Source: a virus (taxonomy: Duplodnaviria; Caudoviricetes). Taken from it: a stretch of 64,000 nucleotides of DNA. Every line of letters starts with the position of its first letter. Positions within the stretch are counted from its first letter, which is position 1. The DNA lies in IMG/VR virus record IMGVR_UViG_3300029305_003510, positions 64,001 to 128,000 of that record; one strand, written 5' to 3'. A program made the translations under genes and the position numbers. Below the pieces are notes generated by a model, which saw only the letters and a program-made list of their open reading frames with translations, searched no databases and was not told the DNA's origin. Positions 49,462 to 59,441 of the stretch are shown here, piece by piece.

Positions 49462-50802
49462 ATGCAGGCAATCCGTGCTGGGGACCTTTATTTCTTGCAG
49501 TCCCCGTTTCATACGCAACCGTCAGATACAGGAGCTGCTGTAGAAAAGAGGCTTAGTTATCTGCTCGGTACAGTTTCATCGAGACCGGTGGTAGTAATCC
49601 GGCCTCCCGCATGGTGGGATCGTTTCAACACCTGTACTGTCATACCCGCACTGTCCCACGGTGAACCGGCTATTGTTTATAAGCTGATCGACCGCTACGG
49701 AGGGATGACGAAAGCTGACTATCCCTTTGTGCCTCATAATCCACATACCATTCCTGTTTCACGACTGGGCAAGTTTATGGGGTCAATGACAGATGAAGAA
49801 TTAGAACCTCTTCTCTATGCATATAAGTGGATCCATGATCCCTTTATGCAGATGGATACACAGAACTATCCTGTACCAGAGGTATATCGAGATGTGATGG
49901 CGAAAAAGATTCCGCCTCACAGTTGGAGAGTGAATAAAGATGCCAGAGCTGGTGTAGATATCCGTATCACGAAAGATATGGAACTACAAAGTGAAACTAA
50001 TCCTGAGCTGAACCGTTTCAATATTGGCTCTGCGATGAAAACCAAGATCTCTCCCACTGCTGAGAGAGCATTGAACTGTGACAAGATTTATGTTCCAACG
50101 GAGAACCCTCTTCCTGATTCCGTTGAAATGGGGATTAATGAAATATCTTGTCCGGTAGAAAAATCATTCCCGCCATCAATATTTGATACGGAGACGCTGA
50201 ACAGGGTTGCCAGCAGGTTTACTATCAGCGATGCGTATTATAATAACGATAAATCTATTCGAACACCAGATATCCTTACAGCGTCTGAAATTTCAAATAT
50301 CCGTTGTGAGCTGACCGATTCTGAATTCAATGAGATCATTCAGTTCTACAAGAAGATGACACCGTTGGATGCATATATACTTGGTCCGCGTCTTCCTCTT
50401 GAAGTTCTGGCTGATATTACTGAGATGCCCACATCTAAGGCTGTCGCTCTGAAAAGGCTCTGTAATTATATGCGCGATCTTCCTTGCGAAGATTATGATA
50501 ATAGAGTCAAAGAGCTTGAAGATAGGTTAGAGTCTGAAAAGGAAGAACAATCTGAAGTCGAAGAAGAGATTAAACAGCAAGGCGCAAATAAGTCTCCATC
50601 CATGTATGTGAATGAGCTTCAGAAAGTTAAACCATATCTGAATCAGAAATCTATCATGAGCATGCCAGATGATGTCGCCAGGCTATTCCTCGAAATGCCG
50701 ATGTATCTCATTAAGAGAAATTATAATGGGACTCAGTTTAATAAACCATATGCGAAAGCTATGGAATACTATAAAGAGAAACTAAGTAAAACACCAGCTT
50801 GA
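49462..50802 (+). CDS. PemK/MazF-like domain fused to a long unknown C-terminal region
   Basis: RAGDLYF...RPVVVI...CTVIPA...HTIPVSRLGKFMGSMTDEEL follows the MazF fold pattern. Confidence 0.65.
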   Translation: MQAIRAGDLYFLQSPFHTQPSDTGAAVEKRLSYLLGTVSSRPVVVIRPPAWWDRFNTCTVIPALSHGEPAIVYKLIDRYGGMTKADYPFVPHNPHTIPVSRLGKFMGSMTDEELEPLLYAYKWIHDPFMQMDTQNYPVPEVYRDVMAKKIPPHSWRVNKDARAGVDIRITKDMELQSETNPELNRFNIGSAMKTKISPTAERALNCDKIYVPTENPLPDSVEMGINEISCPVEKSFPPSIFDTETLNRVASRFTISDAYYNNDKSIRTPDILTASEISNIRCELTDSEFNEIIQFYKKMTPLDAYILGPRLPLEVLADITEMPTSKAVALKRLCNYMRDLPCEDYDNRVKELEDRLESEKEEQSEVEEEIKQQGANKSPSMYVNELQKVKPYLNQKSIMSMPDDVARLFLEMPMYLIKRNYNGTQFNKPYAKAMEYYKEKLSKTPA

Positions 50803-50881
50803 TTGGAGAAGAGTAAAACGGGGGCCTAGCGTCCCCGTTTCTTTTCCTGTCAATATATTAACACAAATGTACAAATAGGAG

Positions 50882-52075
50882 GTGAAATATAGTTTGCGTG
50901 ACTTTAAAATCATAGCAGCTATGGCAGATTTGCATATTGGAGTACGTCATGTTAGTGCAAAGACGCTTAAAGTTCAGCTGAAGAAACATTTCTTTGACGT
51001 TCTGAGGAATATGAAATATCTTGATGGAATTTTTCTGCTTGGGGATCTTCTTCATACAGTGATTACATTGGATTCAGATTATTCAGAACTGTTTCATTGG
51101 TTCATAGATAAGGTTTATAAGATTGCAAAAAAGAAAGGTGCCACTGTGGTTATTGTACGAGGCACTCAAGCACACGATGCAACCCAGCTTGATAATATAA
51201 AATATCTTCAGAGAAATGAAGATGGTGTTGATTTCCGTATCTATGATACCGTGGAAGAGATAACTCTCTGGAATGATTATAAGGTTCTGGTACTTCCCGA
51301 TGTAAAGGTGAAACAGCTCAAAGATGTTGGCAAGTATTTTAAAAATTCTGATAAATATGATCTGATTCTTGGTCATGGGCTGATTACACAAATGCAGTTC
51401 TTTGCACAGGAATCTGAGAATATGCCAACAAAGACTTATGTTTTTGATGCAGATGAGCTCAATTCTGCGTGTAAAGGTCCGGTTTTATTTGGTCATATCC
51501 ATCAGTACCAGTCAATCGGAAATCAATTCTACTATGTAGGCCCGTTTACGATGCTTGAGCGTGGTAATATTGATGCTGGTTTTGTTGTTATGGGTATCTA
51601 TGATAATGATCGGACAAAATATAAAGTTGAGCATTATATCAATCCGGATTCTGCAGCCTATCATGAGATTGATGTAACTGCAAAGATCCTTCGTGATATT
51701 CCTATTGATGAGATCGTTGAGGCGATTGATTCTATCGCGACCGATGCAAAAGAGAATGATCTCATCACTCTTCGAATTACCCGTGGTGATGAGACTGAGG
51801 CTGCAGAGAAAGTGATGATACTGGAGAATCGATATCGAAAAGATAAAAGATTTTCAATCATCAAGAAAGTTAAAAATAAACGGGAAGAAGAGCATGATAA
51901 ACTGCAAGCGGATAGGAAAAAGAGATATGAGTATTTAATGGATGAGAATATGGAACTTCCATCTATTCTGTACACATACTATCTTTCAGATGTAATTCCA
52001 ACTCTTCCTGATAAGAAGAGTGTTGCTGCTTGTCTGACTGAAGATGATTTCCGTAAAGCGTTAGGAGTTGAATAA
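50882..52075 (+). CDS. SbcD/Mre11-like metallophosphoesterase nuclease
   Basis: ADLHIG, LGDLLH, RGTQAHD, LGHG, FGHIH, YVGPF; true start probably TTG ~50894. Confidence 0.88.
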   Translation: MKYSLRDFKIIAAMADLHIGVRHVSAKTLKVQLKKHFFDVLRNMKYLDGIFLLGDLLHTVITLDSDYSELFHWFIDKVYKIAKKKGATVVIVRGTQAHDATQLDNIKYLQRNEDGVDFRIYDTVEEITLWNDYKVLVLPDVKVKQLKDVGKYFKNSDKYDLILGHGLITQMQFFAQESENMPTKTYVFDADELNSACKGPVLFGHIHQYQSIGNQFYYVGPFTMLERGNIDAGFVVMGIYDNDRTKYKVEHYINPDSAAYHEIDVTAKILRDIPIDEIVEAIDSIATDAKENDLITLRITRGDETEAAEKVMILENRYRKDKRFSIIKKVKNKREEEHDKLQADRKKRYEYLMDENMELPSILYTYYLSDVIPTLPDKKSVAACLTEDDFRKALGVE

Positions 52076-52077
52076 AT

Positions 52078-52338
52078 ATGACCCAACAAGAACTTGATAA
52101 ATTAAATACTCTTACTAAGAAGTATGGGTATGAATTTAGATCTCTTAGAGAGATCAAGAAATATACACGCAAAGTGCGGAGAGATATTCGTGAGAAATGT
52201 AAAGCTATGGGAATTCGTGTCGATGATAATACCATAAGAATTTATCGGACATGGAAACCAAAGAAGAGATTTGATAATCTCTTAATCCGTCCTGGATTGA
52301 AGAAGCGTTATATTCAATTAAAATACAAAGGAGATTGA
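52078..52338 (+). CDS. Small basic hypothetical protein
   Basis: 86 aa with AGGAG RBS. Confidence 0.7.
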   Translation: MTQQELDKLNTLTKKYGYEFRSLREIKKYTRKVRRDIREKCKAMGIRVDDNTIRIYRTWKPKKRFDNLLIRPGLKKRYIQLKYKGD

Positions 52339-52343
52339 TACGC

Positions 52344-52571
52344 ATGGCTAATAGTGAAATGATGGAACTGGAAGGTACTGTGGTTGAAGCATTCCCCAGT
52401 CTGATGTTCAAAGTTGCTGTAGATGTTGGAGGAAAGACTCATCATGTGATGTGTACGCTTTCCGGTAAGTTGAAGATGAACTATATCCGGGTGCTGGTAG
52501 GAGATAAAGTTATGATTCAGATGTCTCCATATGATCTGACAAAGGGTCGTATCACCTGGAGATACAAGTAA
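52344..52571 (+). CDS. infA: Translation initiation factor IF-1
   Basis: ELEGTVVEAFP...SGKLKMNYIRVLVGDKV...SPYDLTKGRITWR. Confidence 0.96.
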   Translation: MANSEMMELEGTVVEAFPSLMFKVAVDVGGKTHHVMCTLSGKLKMNYIRVLVGDKVMIQMSPYDLTKGRITWRYK

Positions 52572-52661
52572 CAAAGGCGCTCTATTAAAGGTTGATCTGT
52601 GGGTAAACGTATCTATACATACCCATACTAAATCTTAAAATTCCGAAAGTGGGATTGATAT

Positions 52662-54449
52662 ATGAGTGCTAATTATCTCAAACTTTTATCGGCAACGGAT
52701 AAACTTCCAGTGCATACTGATTTAGATACACTGGATATCTACTGTGAATATCTGTTGAACGATTCCAGCAAATACATAAACTATGCAAATTTAACGAATC
52801 TTCAGGATTACATATCGAGAATGGATCCGAAGATCTTTATGACGAATGATGCAAAGATGGCTCGATATGAATTCATCAAGTGCTATCTGGAAGCTCGTAT
52901 CAGTCGTGGTGTAGTTTCTCGTAAGATGTGTCTCCGATATGTAAGTGAAACTGTAGATCATAAGTATTGGAAGATCATCCAGCGAGAGATTCTTAATTCG
53001 ATTGAACCTGATACACTGAAGAAGAAAGATATTGAATTTATCAATGATATGATCTTTGCTCAATTGAACGTCATGTTTCTGCATGCATACAAGGCTCCGA
53101 TTGTGCGACTTATGGAAGAATTGGAGACGAATGAGTTCGGTAAAACTCCTGAGAGTTGTACGAATGCAATCCAGTTATTCCAGAGTATGTTGAATGAGCT
53201 TATGAAAGCTCAGCGGAGATCTAAGCAGGACAATAGATTCAATCTGACAGACGTGAACCATTTTAATGCTATTATGACTGAAGCATGGGATAGACTGTTA
53301 TCTGAAAGTCAATTCTGGCAGACTGGTATGCAGGGTATGAATAACATGCTTGGTGGTGGCTTTGAGAATGGTCGAGTGTACAATTTCATTGGTGCAACAG
53401 GTGGTTTTAAATCTGGTTTGTTGTTAAATCTGATGAAGATGATCAAGCTTCATAATAAGGGCCATGAACACAAAGATCCAAATAAACGTCCAACCATACT
53501 CTTTCTCTCTCAGGAAAATAATATCTGGGAGACTATTTTACGTATTTTTGGTATCTTTGGAACAACCAAGAACATTCGGAATTTTACACCGGATGAAATT
53601 ATGGAGATTCTAAAGAAAGGTGGCTTCTGTCTTGTAAATGATGAGCAGGATATCGATATCGAGTTTCGATACTATGGAAATATGGATATCGGTGCAAGTG
53701 ATATTCGAGGTATTGTCGAAGAGCTTGACAATGCAGGTAGAGAAGTTATTTGTATCCTGCAAGACTATATTGAGAGATTGAGACCGCCGATTATGTCGGC
53801 AGATCGTAGAACACAGCTTAATGACTGTTCTAACCAACTTCATGATCTGGCGATTGAGCTGGATATTCCTATTATCACCGGTTCACAGTTTAACCGAGAT
53901 GGTGTAGCAACAATCGAAGATATGAGAGCTGCTGATAAGCATGATATCGGTAAGAAAGTTGGTAGCAAGAATGTTTCCGAGTCATTTGGTATGTTGAAGA
54001 ACTTCGATGTAAATATTAGCATTATCATCGAGTATGACGCAACAGAAGAACGATTCTGGTTGTCATTTAGACGTCTGAAATTCCGTGGTGATGATACGGA
54101 TGCTCTTGACTATTTTGTTCAGCCGTTTGTCGGAAAGAATAGCAAAATCCAGCTGATGGAAGATATCAATGCGGATGTTCCTGTGTATCGTAAATCTATG
54201 GTAGATGAGATTGCTGCAAATATTGTGGATGATGCTCAGTCTATCGGAGATATTACCAGACGCTCGAGAACTCTGCTTGAACCTGTAACGGATGATGCAG
54301 ATGATATTGAGATTGCAAACTTCATGGGACAGTTTGTAGACGATCTGGAACATTCTACTGGTGAGAAACCCGATGGAAGAATTACCGACAGTGACGGCTT
54401 CTATGTACTGATCCCGGCTATGCCGGGCAATGTCATCATGAGCCGTTGA
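52662..54449 (+). CDS. DnaB-like replicative helicase
   Basis: TG...LGGGF, Walker A GATGGFKS, FLSQEN, QDYI, ITGSQFNR. Confidence 0.9.
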   Translation: MSANYLKLLSATDKLPVHTDLDTLDIYCEYLLNDSSKYINYANLTNLQDYISRMDPKIFMTNDAKMARYEFIKCYLEARISRGVVSRKMCLRYVSETVDHKYWKIIQREILNSIEPDTLKKKDIEFINDMIFAQLNVMFLHAYKAPIVRLMEELETNEFGKTPESCTNAIQLFQSMLNELMKAQRRSKQDNRFNLTDVNHFNAIMTEAWDRLLSESQFWQTGMQGMNNMLGGGFENGRVYNFIGATGGFKSGLLLNLMKMIKLHNKGHEHKDPNKRPTILFLSQENNIWETILRIFGIFGTTKNIRNFTPDEIMEILKKGGFCLVNDEQDIDIEFRYYGNMDIGASDIRGIVEELDNAGREVICILQDYIERLRPPIMSADRRTQLNDCSNQLHDLAIELDIPIITGSQFNRDGVATIEDMRAADKHDIGKKVGSKNVSESFGMLKNFDVNISIIIEYDATEERFWLSFRRLKFRGDDTDALDYFVQPFVGKNSKIQLMEDINADVPVYRKSMVDEIAANIVDDAQSIGDITRRSRTLLEPVTDDADDIEIANFMGQFVDDLEHSTGEKPDGRITDSDGFYVLIPAMPGNVIMSR

Positions 54450-54489
54450 TGTATAAACACTGTAAATTATTTTAAGGAGGAAATAATCC

Positions 54490-55206
54490 ATGCCTACTCT
54501 GAAAGAAAACGGAATTCCTAAGAAAGTCCCTCTTCTCATTAAACCTGAAAACATCACGTTTTATGACATTGAGATCAATGATGCGTTCGATTACGGCGCT
54601 CTGACACCTGAAGAGGTAACAGAGATTCAGCAGGCTAATGCAGACTTTGAAGCCAAGGTTCTGCAGCCTGAGCTGATGGGACGTGCACATCCCTGTGTTT
54701 GTATGCAGGAAAAGATCATGGAGCGTGCAATTACCCGTATGAAGCTGACTAACCAGCAGCCTGTAAATGGTCAGATCCCTGTTGAACTGACTCAGGAAGA
54801 TATCGATATGAAGCAGTTTGGTGTTGTTGTCAATACTGCTAATGGTCGATATGATGGGATCCTGGCCATTCTGTCCCGCTGTAAGGGTTGCAGTGATATT
54901 CGCATTTGGGGCACTATTGAGCCTCTGACCGCTATGGTTGCTATGGCATATAACGACTATATGAATCGCCAGCCCCAGCGTGTTGCTGTTCAGCAAGCTC
55001 TTGACGAGCGTGAGCAGAGTGATATCGCACCTGATGGTGATGATACTGCTCCTGTTGTCGAACCCAATACCGCTGCTGATGGTCCTATGTTCATGCTGGA
55101 AAATACCGAGACTGGAGAGAAGCATGCTGCAGATAATCTCAGCGAGGCTCTGTTTGGCGGCGGTAACAGCGAGTTCAAGATGACTGAAGCAAACGGCAAG
55201 GAGTAA
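54490..55206 (+). CDS. Hypothetical acidic protein with Cys motifs
   Basis: AAGGAGG RBS; HPCVC and RCKGC; biased codons. Confidence 0.8.
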   Translation: MPTLKENGIPKKVPLLIKPENITFYDIEINDAFDYGALTPEEVTEIQQANADFEAKVLQPELMGRAHPCVCMQEKIMERAITRMKLTNQQPVNGQIPVELTQEDIDMKQFGVVVNTANGRYDGILAILSRCKGCSDIRIWGTIEPLTAMVAMAYNDYMNRQPQRVAVQQALDEREQSDIAPDGDDTAPVVEPNTAADGPMFMLENTETGEKHAADNLSEALFGGGNSEFKMTEANGKE

Positions 55207-55265
55207 GTCCCGTTGAGTGAAAGAAGATATGGATGGGACGTCATTGGTCCCATCCATATTCTTTT

Positions 55266-55700
55266 TTATTCATTGACGTCATTTCCGACTCTTCGGATAT
55301 ATCTATTCCAGTTGGTTTGAAGTCGTGTAGCAGATTTTGTTACAATCGTATCATATACATTATTCAGATACTCAACTGGAATAAGTCTCACTGTCTGTTT
55401 TATATAGAACTTCGAGGCACATTCTCGGTCATTAAGCATCATAACCATCCATCCAAGACTTGGCGTGCCGTATACATCAAGACTAAGAAGATACGGTTTG
55501 AATCGATAATATTGCCTCTCTGCATCGCTCACTTTATATGTGGCGACATAAGGGCGAATATATCGCATATAGATTTCAAATAGATTTTTATCCGGAATGA
55601 TTAATGTCTTATCATCTGTTTGGGTAAAAAATGTAATTTTGTTGATATCATATCGGTCTTCTCGATTAATGATATCATCCAGCGTTTTGATTACTGCCAC
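55266..55700 (-). CDS. Baseplate wedge gp53-like protein
   Basis: YRFKPYLLSLDVYGTPSLGWMVMMLN resembles the T4 gp53/LysM-type motif; GTG after GAGGAG. Confidence 0.65.
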   Translation of the reverse strand: MAVIKTLDDIINREDRYDINKITFFTQTDDKTLIIPDKNLFEIYMRYIRPYVATYKVSDAERQYYRFKPYLLSLDVYGTPSLGWMVMMLNDRECASKFYIKQTVRLIPVEYLNNVYDTIVTKSATRLQTNWNRYIRRVGNDVNE

Positions 55701-56085
55701 CAGTTTTCTCCTCCTCTTCTTTTTTATCATTCAGAAAAACGAGATACCCTTCCTCAACTTTACCTGTTGGATAGTATAACATAAATTCTGCACCTTTCTT
55801 GAAACGAACAGGCGCAAAAGTTCCATGCATGATAGGAAGGGTAAGATAATGTACAGATTTGATGATATCCTGTGTGACAGGATAGTTGGTATTCATAAAG
55901 TACCCAGACTGTACTACAATATTTGTGTAGCTATCATCCTGCGGCGTAGTCGGAAGATACTCCGGTACATTTACTTGTACGTAGTTATCGACTCTCCGCG
56001 TTACATCTATATAGTCCCTTGCGGCATACACTTTCATTTGACCTCTAATTGTACTGGTGATGTTATTACCTACACCAGAGCCCAT
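55675..56085 (-). CDS. Probable virion/baseplate protein
   Basis: AAGGAGGT RBS; GACA-N4-TATA variant promoter at 56109-56120. Confidence 0.6.
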   Translation of the reverse strand: MGSGVGNNITSTIRGQMKVYAARDYIDVTRRVDNYVQVNVPEYLPTTPQDDSYTNIVVQSGYFMNTNYPVTQDIIKSVHYLTLPIMHGTFAPVRFKKGAEFMLYYPTGKVEEGYLVFLNDKKEEEEKTGGSNQNAG

Positions 56086-56148
56086 AAATAACACCTCCTT
56101 GGTGATTTTATAGGGTTGTCAAACCAAATCTAACAGGAAGCGAGTTGA

Positions 56149-57537
56149 ATGAATTCTGTGAGTTATATTAAGAGATATGATACAAAGGATAAGAAGGTTA
56201 GTTCGCTTCTTGTTGGTAATAAAGCAAAAATTAAAAAGAGTGAGCTAACAGAAAGTCAGAAAGCTGCTGATGAGGTCTTTAATAATTGGTGGTTTCATAA
56301 AAATAAAGAACGAAAACAGATCCTTAGAATTGGAGGCCCTGGTGGCTCAGGTAAAAGCTATTTGGTTCGATATATCATCGAGCATTATGGTTTTAATGAA
56401 TCGAATTGTTATGTTATGGCATATACAGGTCAAGCCACGAATGTTTTGAGACAATCTGGTATTATGGCAAGAACGATTCATTCTTCCATCATGATACCAC
56501 GTGATGAACCTGTTCTTGATAAAAACACACATAAACCTATCTATCGAAATGGTATCCCTCTTACTACTGTAAAGTTTAAACCTTTAAAGAAGCTTCCAAA
56601 AGGCATTAAACTCCTAATTGTAGATGAGGCATCTTTTCTACCTCTCGACATGGAGAATACGCTGAAAAGTTTTGGTATTCCTATTTTAGAGATTGGAGAC
56701 CCTATTCAGCTTCCTCCAGTTAGTCGTGATGCTCAACCGTTTCATTTACGGAATTTGGATTACATTATGACTGGCTCTATGCGACAGAAAGCTGGCAGTG
56801 AGCTCCTTGATTTCTGTACCAGATTTCGTAGATTAGAAAATATTGATACCCGGCAATATCATGATGATGTCTTATTTCTATATGCACAGCCTACTTTAGA
56901 AGAAACATTCTGGAAGTTCTATCCATTTTTTAAGAGTGCAAATGTGATTGTTACGGCTGATAATAAACAGCGTCAGGTTTATAATGATCTTTATCGGGAG
57001 CATATTCTAAAAACAAATTCCCCATTCCCGATTGAAGGTGAACGAATGATCTGCAGACGCAACAACCATGCGATGTCTCTCGGACAGTATACTCTTGTGA
57101 ATGGTACGCAAGGTATCTGTATGCGGGATGTAGGACGGTCTATGGTAGACAAGGGTTCTCATGTATTTTATATGGATTTTCAGCCATTTACCTCTACAGA
57201 TCCTGAGGAGTATTATGGGGATTTAATGTGTGACACAGACTTCTTACATAGACCTTATGGTGTGGATATGTTCAATCAATATAAACCCGGTGAGAAGTTT
57301 GAATATGCCCATGCTATTACAACACATCTGATGCAGGGTGCGCAAGAAGATACGGTTATGTTCATGGATACGTTTAAAGGAGATCAGGAGTATCTTTGGC
57401 GTCTACGATATACTGCTGCAACCCGTGCAAAGAAGCGACTCATTTATGTCATTCCATATAGCCATAAACCCGGATGGAGTGATATCCGTTTTATGGAAGA
57501 CTCTCTTGGTAGTGTGCTTGGAGATCTTGTTCGATAA
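56149..57537 (+). CDS. Dda/RecD-like SF1B helicase
   Basis: GGPGGSGKS, AYTGQA, TIHS, VDEAS, IGDPIQLPPV, AITTHLMQG, YTAATRA. Confidence 0.92.
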   Translation: MNSVSYIKRYDTKDKKVSSLLVGNKAKIKKSELTESQKAADEVFNNWWFHKNKERKQILRIGGPGGSGKSYLVRYIIEHYGFNESNCYVMAYTGQATNVLRQSGIMARTIHSSIMIPRDEPVLDKNTHKPIYRNGIPLTTVKFKPLKKLPKGIKLLIVDEASFLPLDMENTLKSFGIPILEIGDPIQLPPVSRDAQPFHLRNLDYIMTGSMRQKAGSELLDFCTRFRRLENIDTRQYHDDVLFLYAQPTLEETFWKFYPFFKSANVIVTADNKQRQVYNDLYREHILKTNSPFPIEGERMICRRNNHAMSLGQYTLVNGTQGICMRDVGRSMVDKGSHVFYMDFQPFTSTDPEEYYGDLMCDTDFLHRPYGVDMFNQYKPGEKFEYAHAITTHLMQGAQEDTVMFMDTFKGDQEYLWRLRYTAATRAKKRLIYVIPYSHKPGWSDIRFMEDSLGSVLGDLVR

Positions 57538-57556
57538 TGAAAGGAGAATTATATCA

Positions 57557-58066
57557 ATGAGTGGTGTAGCAATAATCGTTCATCATGATGATGGTAAAGA
57601 AAAGTGGCAATCCCATGAGGTATATCTTAAATATCCTATCACTTATGAGGGCTTTGAATTCAGTCAACGTGGATATGGATCTACATTGGAAGAAGCATAT
57701 CAGGACTTCATTGCTAAGTACAATAATGCAATGAAAAATCTGGAAGCACAGAGTCATATGATTCTTGAGACCGATGCTCTTGAGATATTGGAAGTTGATT
57801 GTTTCGGTGACCCTATATTCCGGCTGAATAAAAAGATGTATGGGAAACTTTATCAAATCGGTGAGTTGCATACCAAAGTTTTATATGCAATGTATCTTGA
57901 GGTTGGTTCAGCAACACGTTCTGGTGATGTAAATGTTGTACGAGATGTTCTGAACAGAATTGAGAATGATAAGTTTTATTTTGCAGATCGATCTGAACCT
58001 TTGTATGCCAAGGACTATGGTAAGACGTGGCATGCATATAAATCAGAGGGAACCATCTATAACTAA
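57557..58066 (+). CDS. Hypothetical protein
   Basis: ATG 57557 after AAGGAG. Confidence 0.75.
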   Translation: MSGVAIIVHHDDGKEKWQSHEVYLKYPITYEGFEFSQRGYGSTLEEAYQDFIAKYNNAMKNLEAQSHMILETDALEILEVDCFGDPIFRLNKKMYGKLYQIGELHTKVLYAMYLEVGSATRSGDVNVVRDVLNRIENDKFYFADRSEPLYAKDYGKTWHAYKSEGTIYN

Positions 58067-58084
58067 CATTGGAGGTATATCATT

Positions 58085-58612
58085 ATGAGTAACCGACTCT
58101 CTAAGCCTTTATATTATCTCAGCATTGCTCAGTCTGTAGCATCAAGAAGTACCTGTATTAATAAGAAATGGGGAGCTGTTATTGTAAAAGGAGATGAAAT
58201 TATCTCTACTGGATATAATGGGGCTCCTCGTGGTCGTAAGAACTGCATTGATATTGGATCTTGTTATCGGTTGGTGAACAATATCCCCCGTGGGACTCAG
58301 TATGAATCCTGTAGATCCCTTCATAGTGAGGCCAATGCAATTATCTCTGCGGCTAGAAAAGATATGATCAATGGTACTATGTATTTGTATGGTTGGGATG
58401 TTGTGAATCAATGTCTTGTAGAACATGCAGACAGTTGCATGATGTGTAAACGGATGATTATTAATGCTGGTATCATTGAAGTTGTCGTAGCAGATGTCAA
58501 TGGTATTGCTAAAGATCCTGAAGTAGGCTATGGTTATCGCATTATCAAAGTCTCTGATTGGGTAAAAGATGATGATCTGAAGACTGTCAATGAGGGTAAG
58601 GCTGGGTATTAA
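58085..58612 (+). CDS. dCMP deaminase
   Basis: RSTC, GAVIV, TGYNG, HSEANAI, SCMMCKRMIINAGI. Confidence 0.93.
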   Translation: MSNRLSKPLYYLSIAQSVASRSTCINKKWGAVIVKGDEIISTGYNGAPRGRKNCIDIGSCYRLVNNIPRGTQYESCRSLHSEANAIISAARKDMINGTMYLYGWDVVNQCLVEHADSCMMCKRMIINAGIIEVVVADVNGIAKDPEVGYGYRIIKVSDWVKDDDLKTVNEGKAGY

Positions 58613-58656
58613 AGGCCACAACATCACTATAAACTGATAAGAAAGGTGGTACATCC

Positions 58657-59235
58657 ATGCCTAGTGTTGCCGATTTTTTGCTCAAGCGTGTACAGGAAAA
58701 TGGCTGGTTTTCTGTTGGCAGCCTTTATTTTGATAACTGCTATACCCTTCAGCCTTTTGAAATTGATGGGCGCATTTGTCTCTCCCCGAGCGCTGAGCTG
58801 ATTATTGCAATCAATAACTATGACGCGATTGATTCTGCAACGCTGGATGACTATCTGGTGCACGATGAGCGGCGCATTGGATACCAGCAGAATATCGCTA
58901 TTTTCGGTTTCGAACATCTTCAGCATTTTGCTGTCAATCTTTTCAATTTGACGCATGTATATCCCAGCAAGGTTGAAGAGTTTCCTCTTCCTGCTATTCC
59001 CACTCCAGATGTAATCAACGGTATTACTTTGGATCCTGAAACCGGTTTGGCTGCAGATCAATCTGTTGCTCGTAAGATCACACGTAAGGAGATTGCCACT
59101 ATGGATTTGTTTCCAGATCTGGAGATCTCTGATGCATCTGGTGCACGTATTAAGAAGTTGCAAGACTTCTATGCGAACCAGAAACAGTTCGCAGAAGCTA
59201 TGAATAAGTTCCTCGGACTTTCGGACTGTATTTAA
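58657..59235 (+). CDS. Hypothetical protein
   Basis: 192 aa downstream of AACATCACTATA (58620-58631). Confidence 0.75.
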   Translation: MPSVADFLLKRVQENGWFSVGSLYFDNCYTLQPFEIDGRICLSPSAELIIAINNYDAIDSATLDDYLVHDERRIGYQQNIAIFGFEHLQHFAVNLFNLTHVYPSKVEEFPLPAIPTPDVINGITLDPETGLAADQSVARKITRKEIATMDLFPDLEISDASGARIKKLQDFYANQKQFAEAMNKFLGLSDCI

Positions 59236-59441
59236 TGATCTGCGACCTAACAGAATAATAACCCTTTGGTCGTAGTATGCATTAGGAGTTCGAATTCCAA
59301 ATACATACTATAGACTTGAACAACGGGGTGTCAGTGGTAATACACTGCGCCCCGTAGTTTACCTTTCTCATTCAGGAAAGGGTGTTAGTGTTGGCGCCAG
59401 CATTAACGAGAAAATCTATTATATCAAGGAGGAATCCGACC

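Noticed and set aside
59280-59305. tRNA gene at GTTCGAAT
   Set aside because: Only a T-loop-like hairpin; no acceptor, D or anticodon arms.
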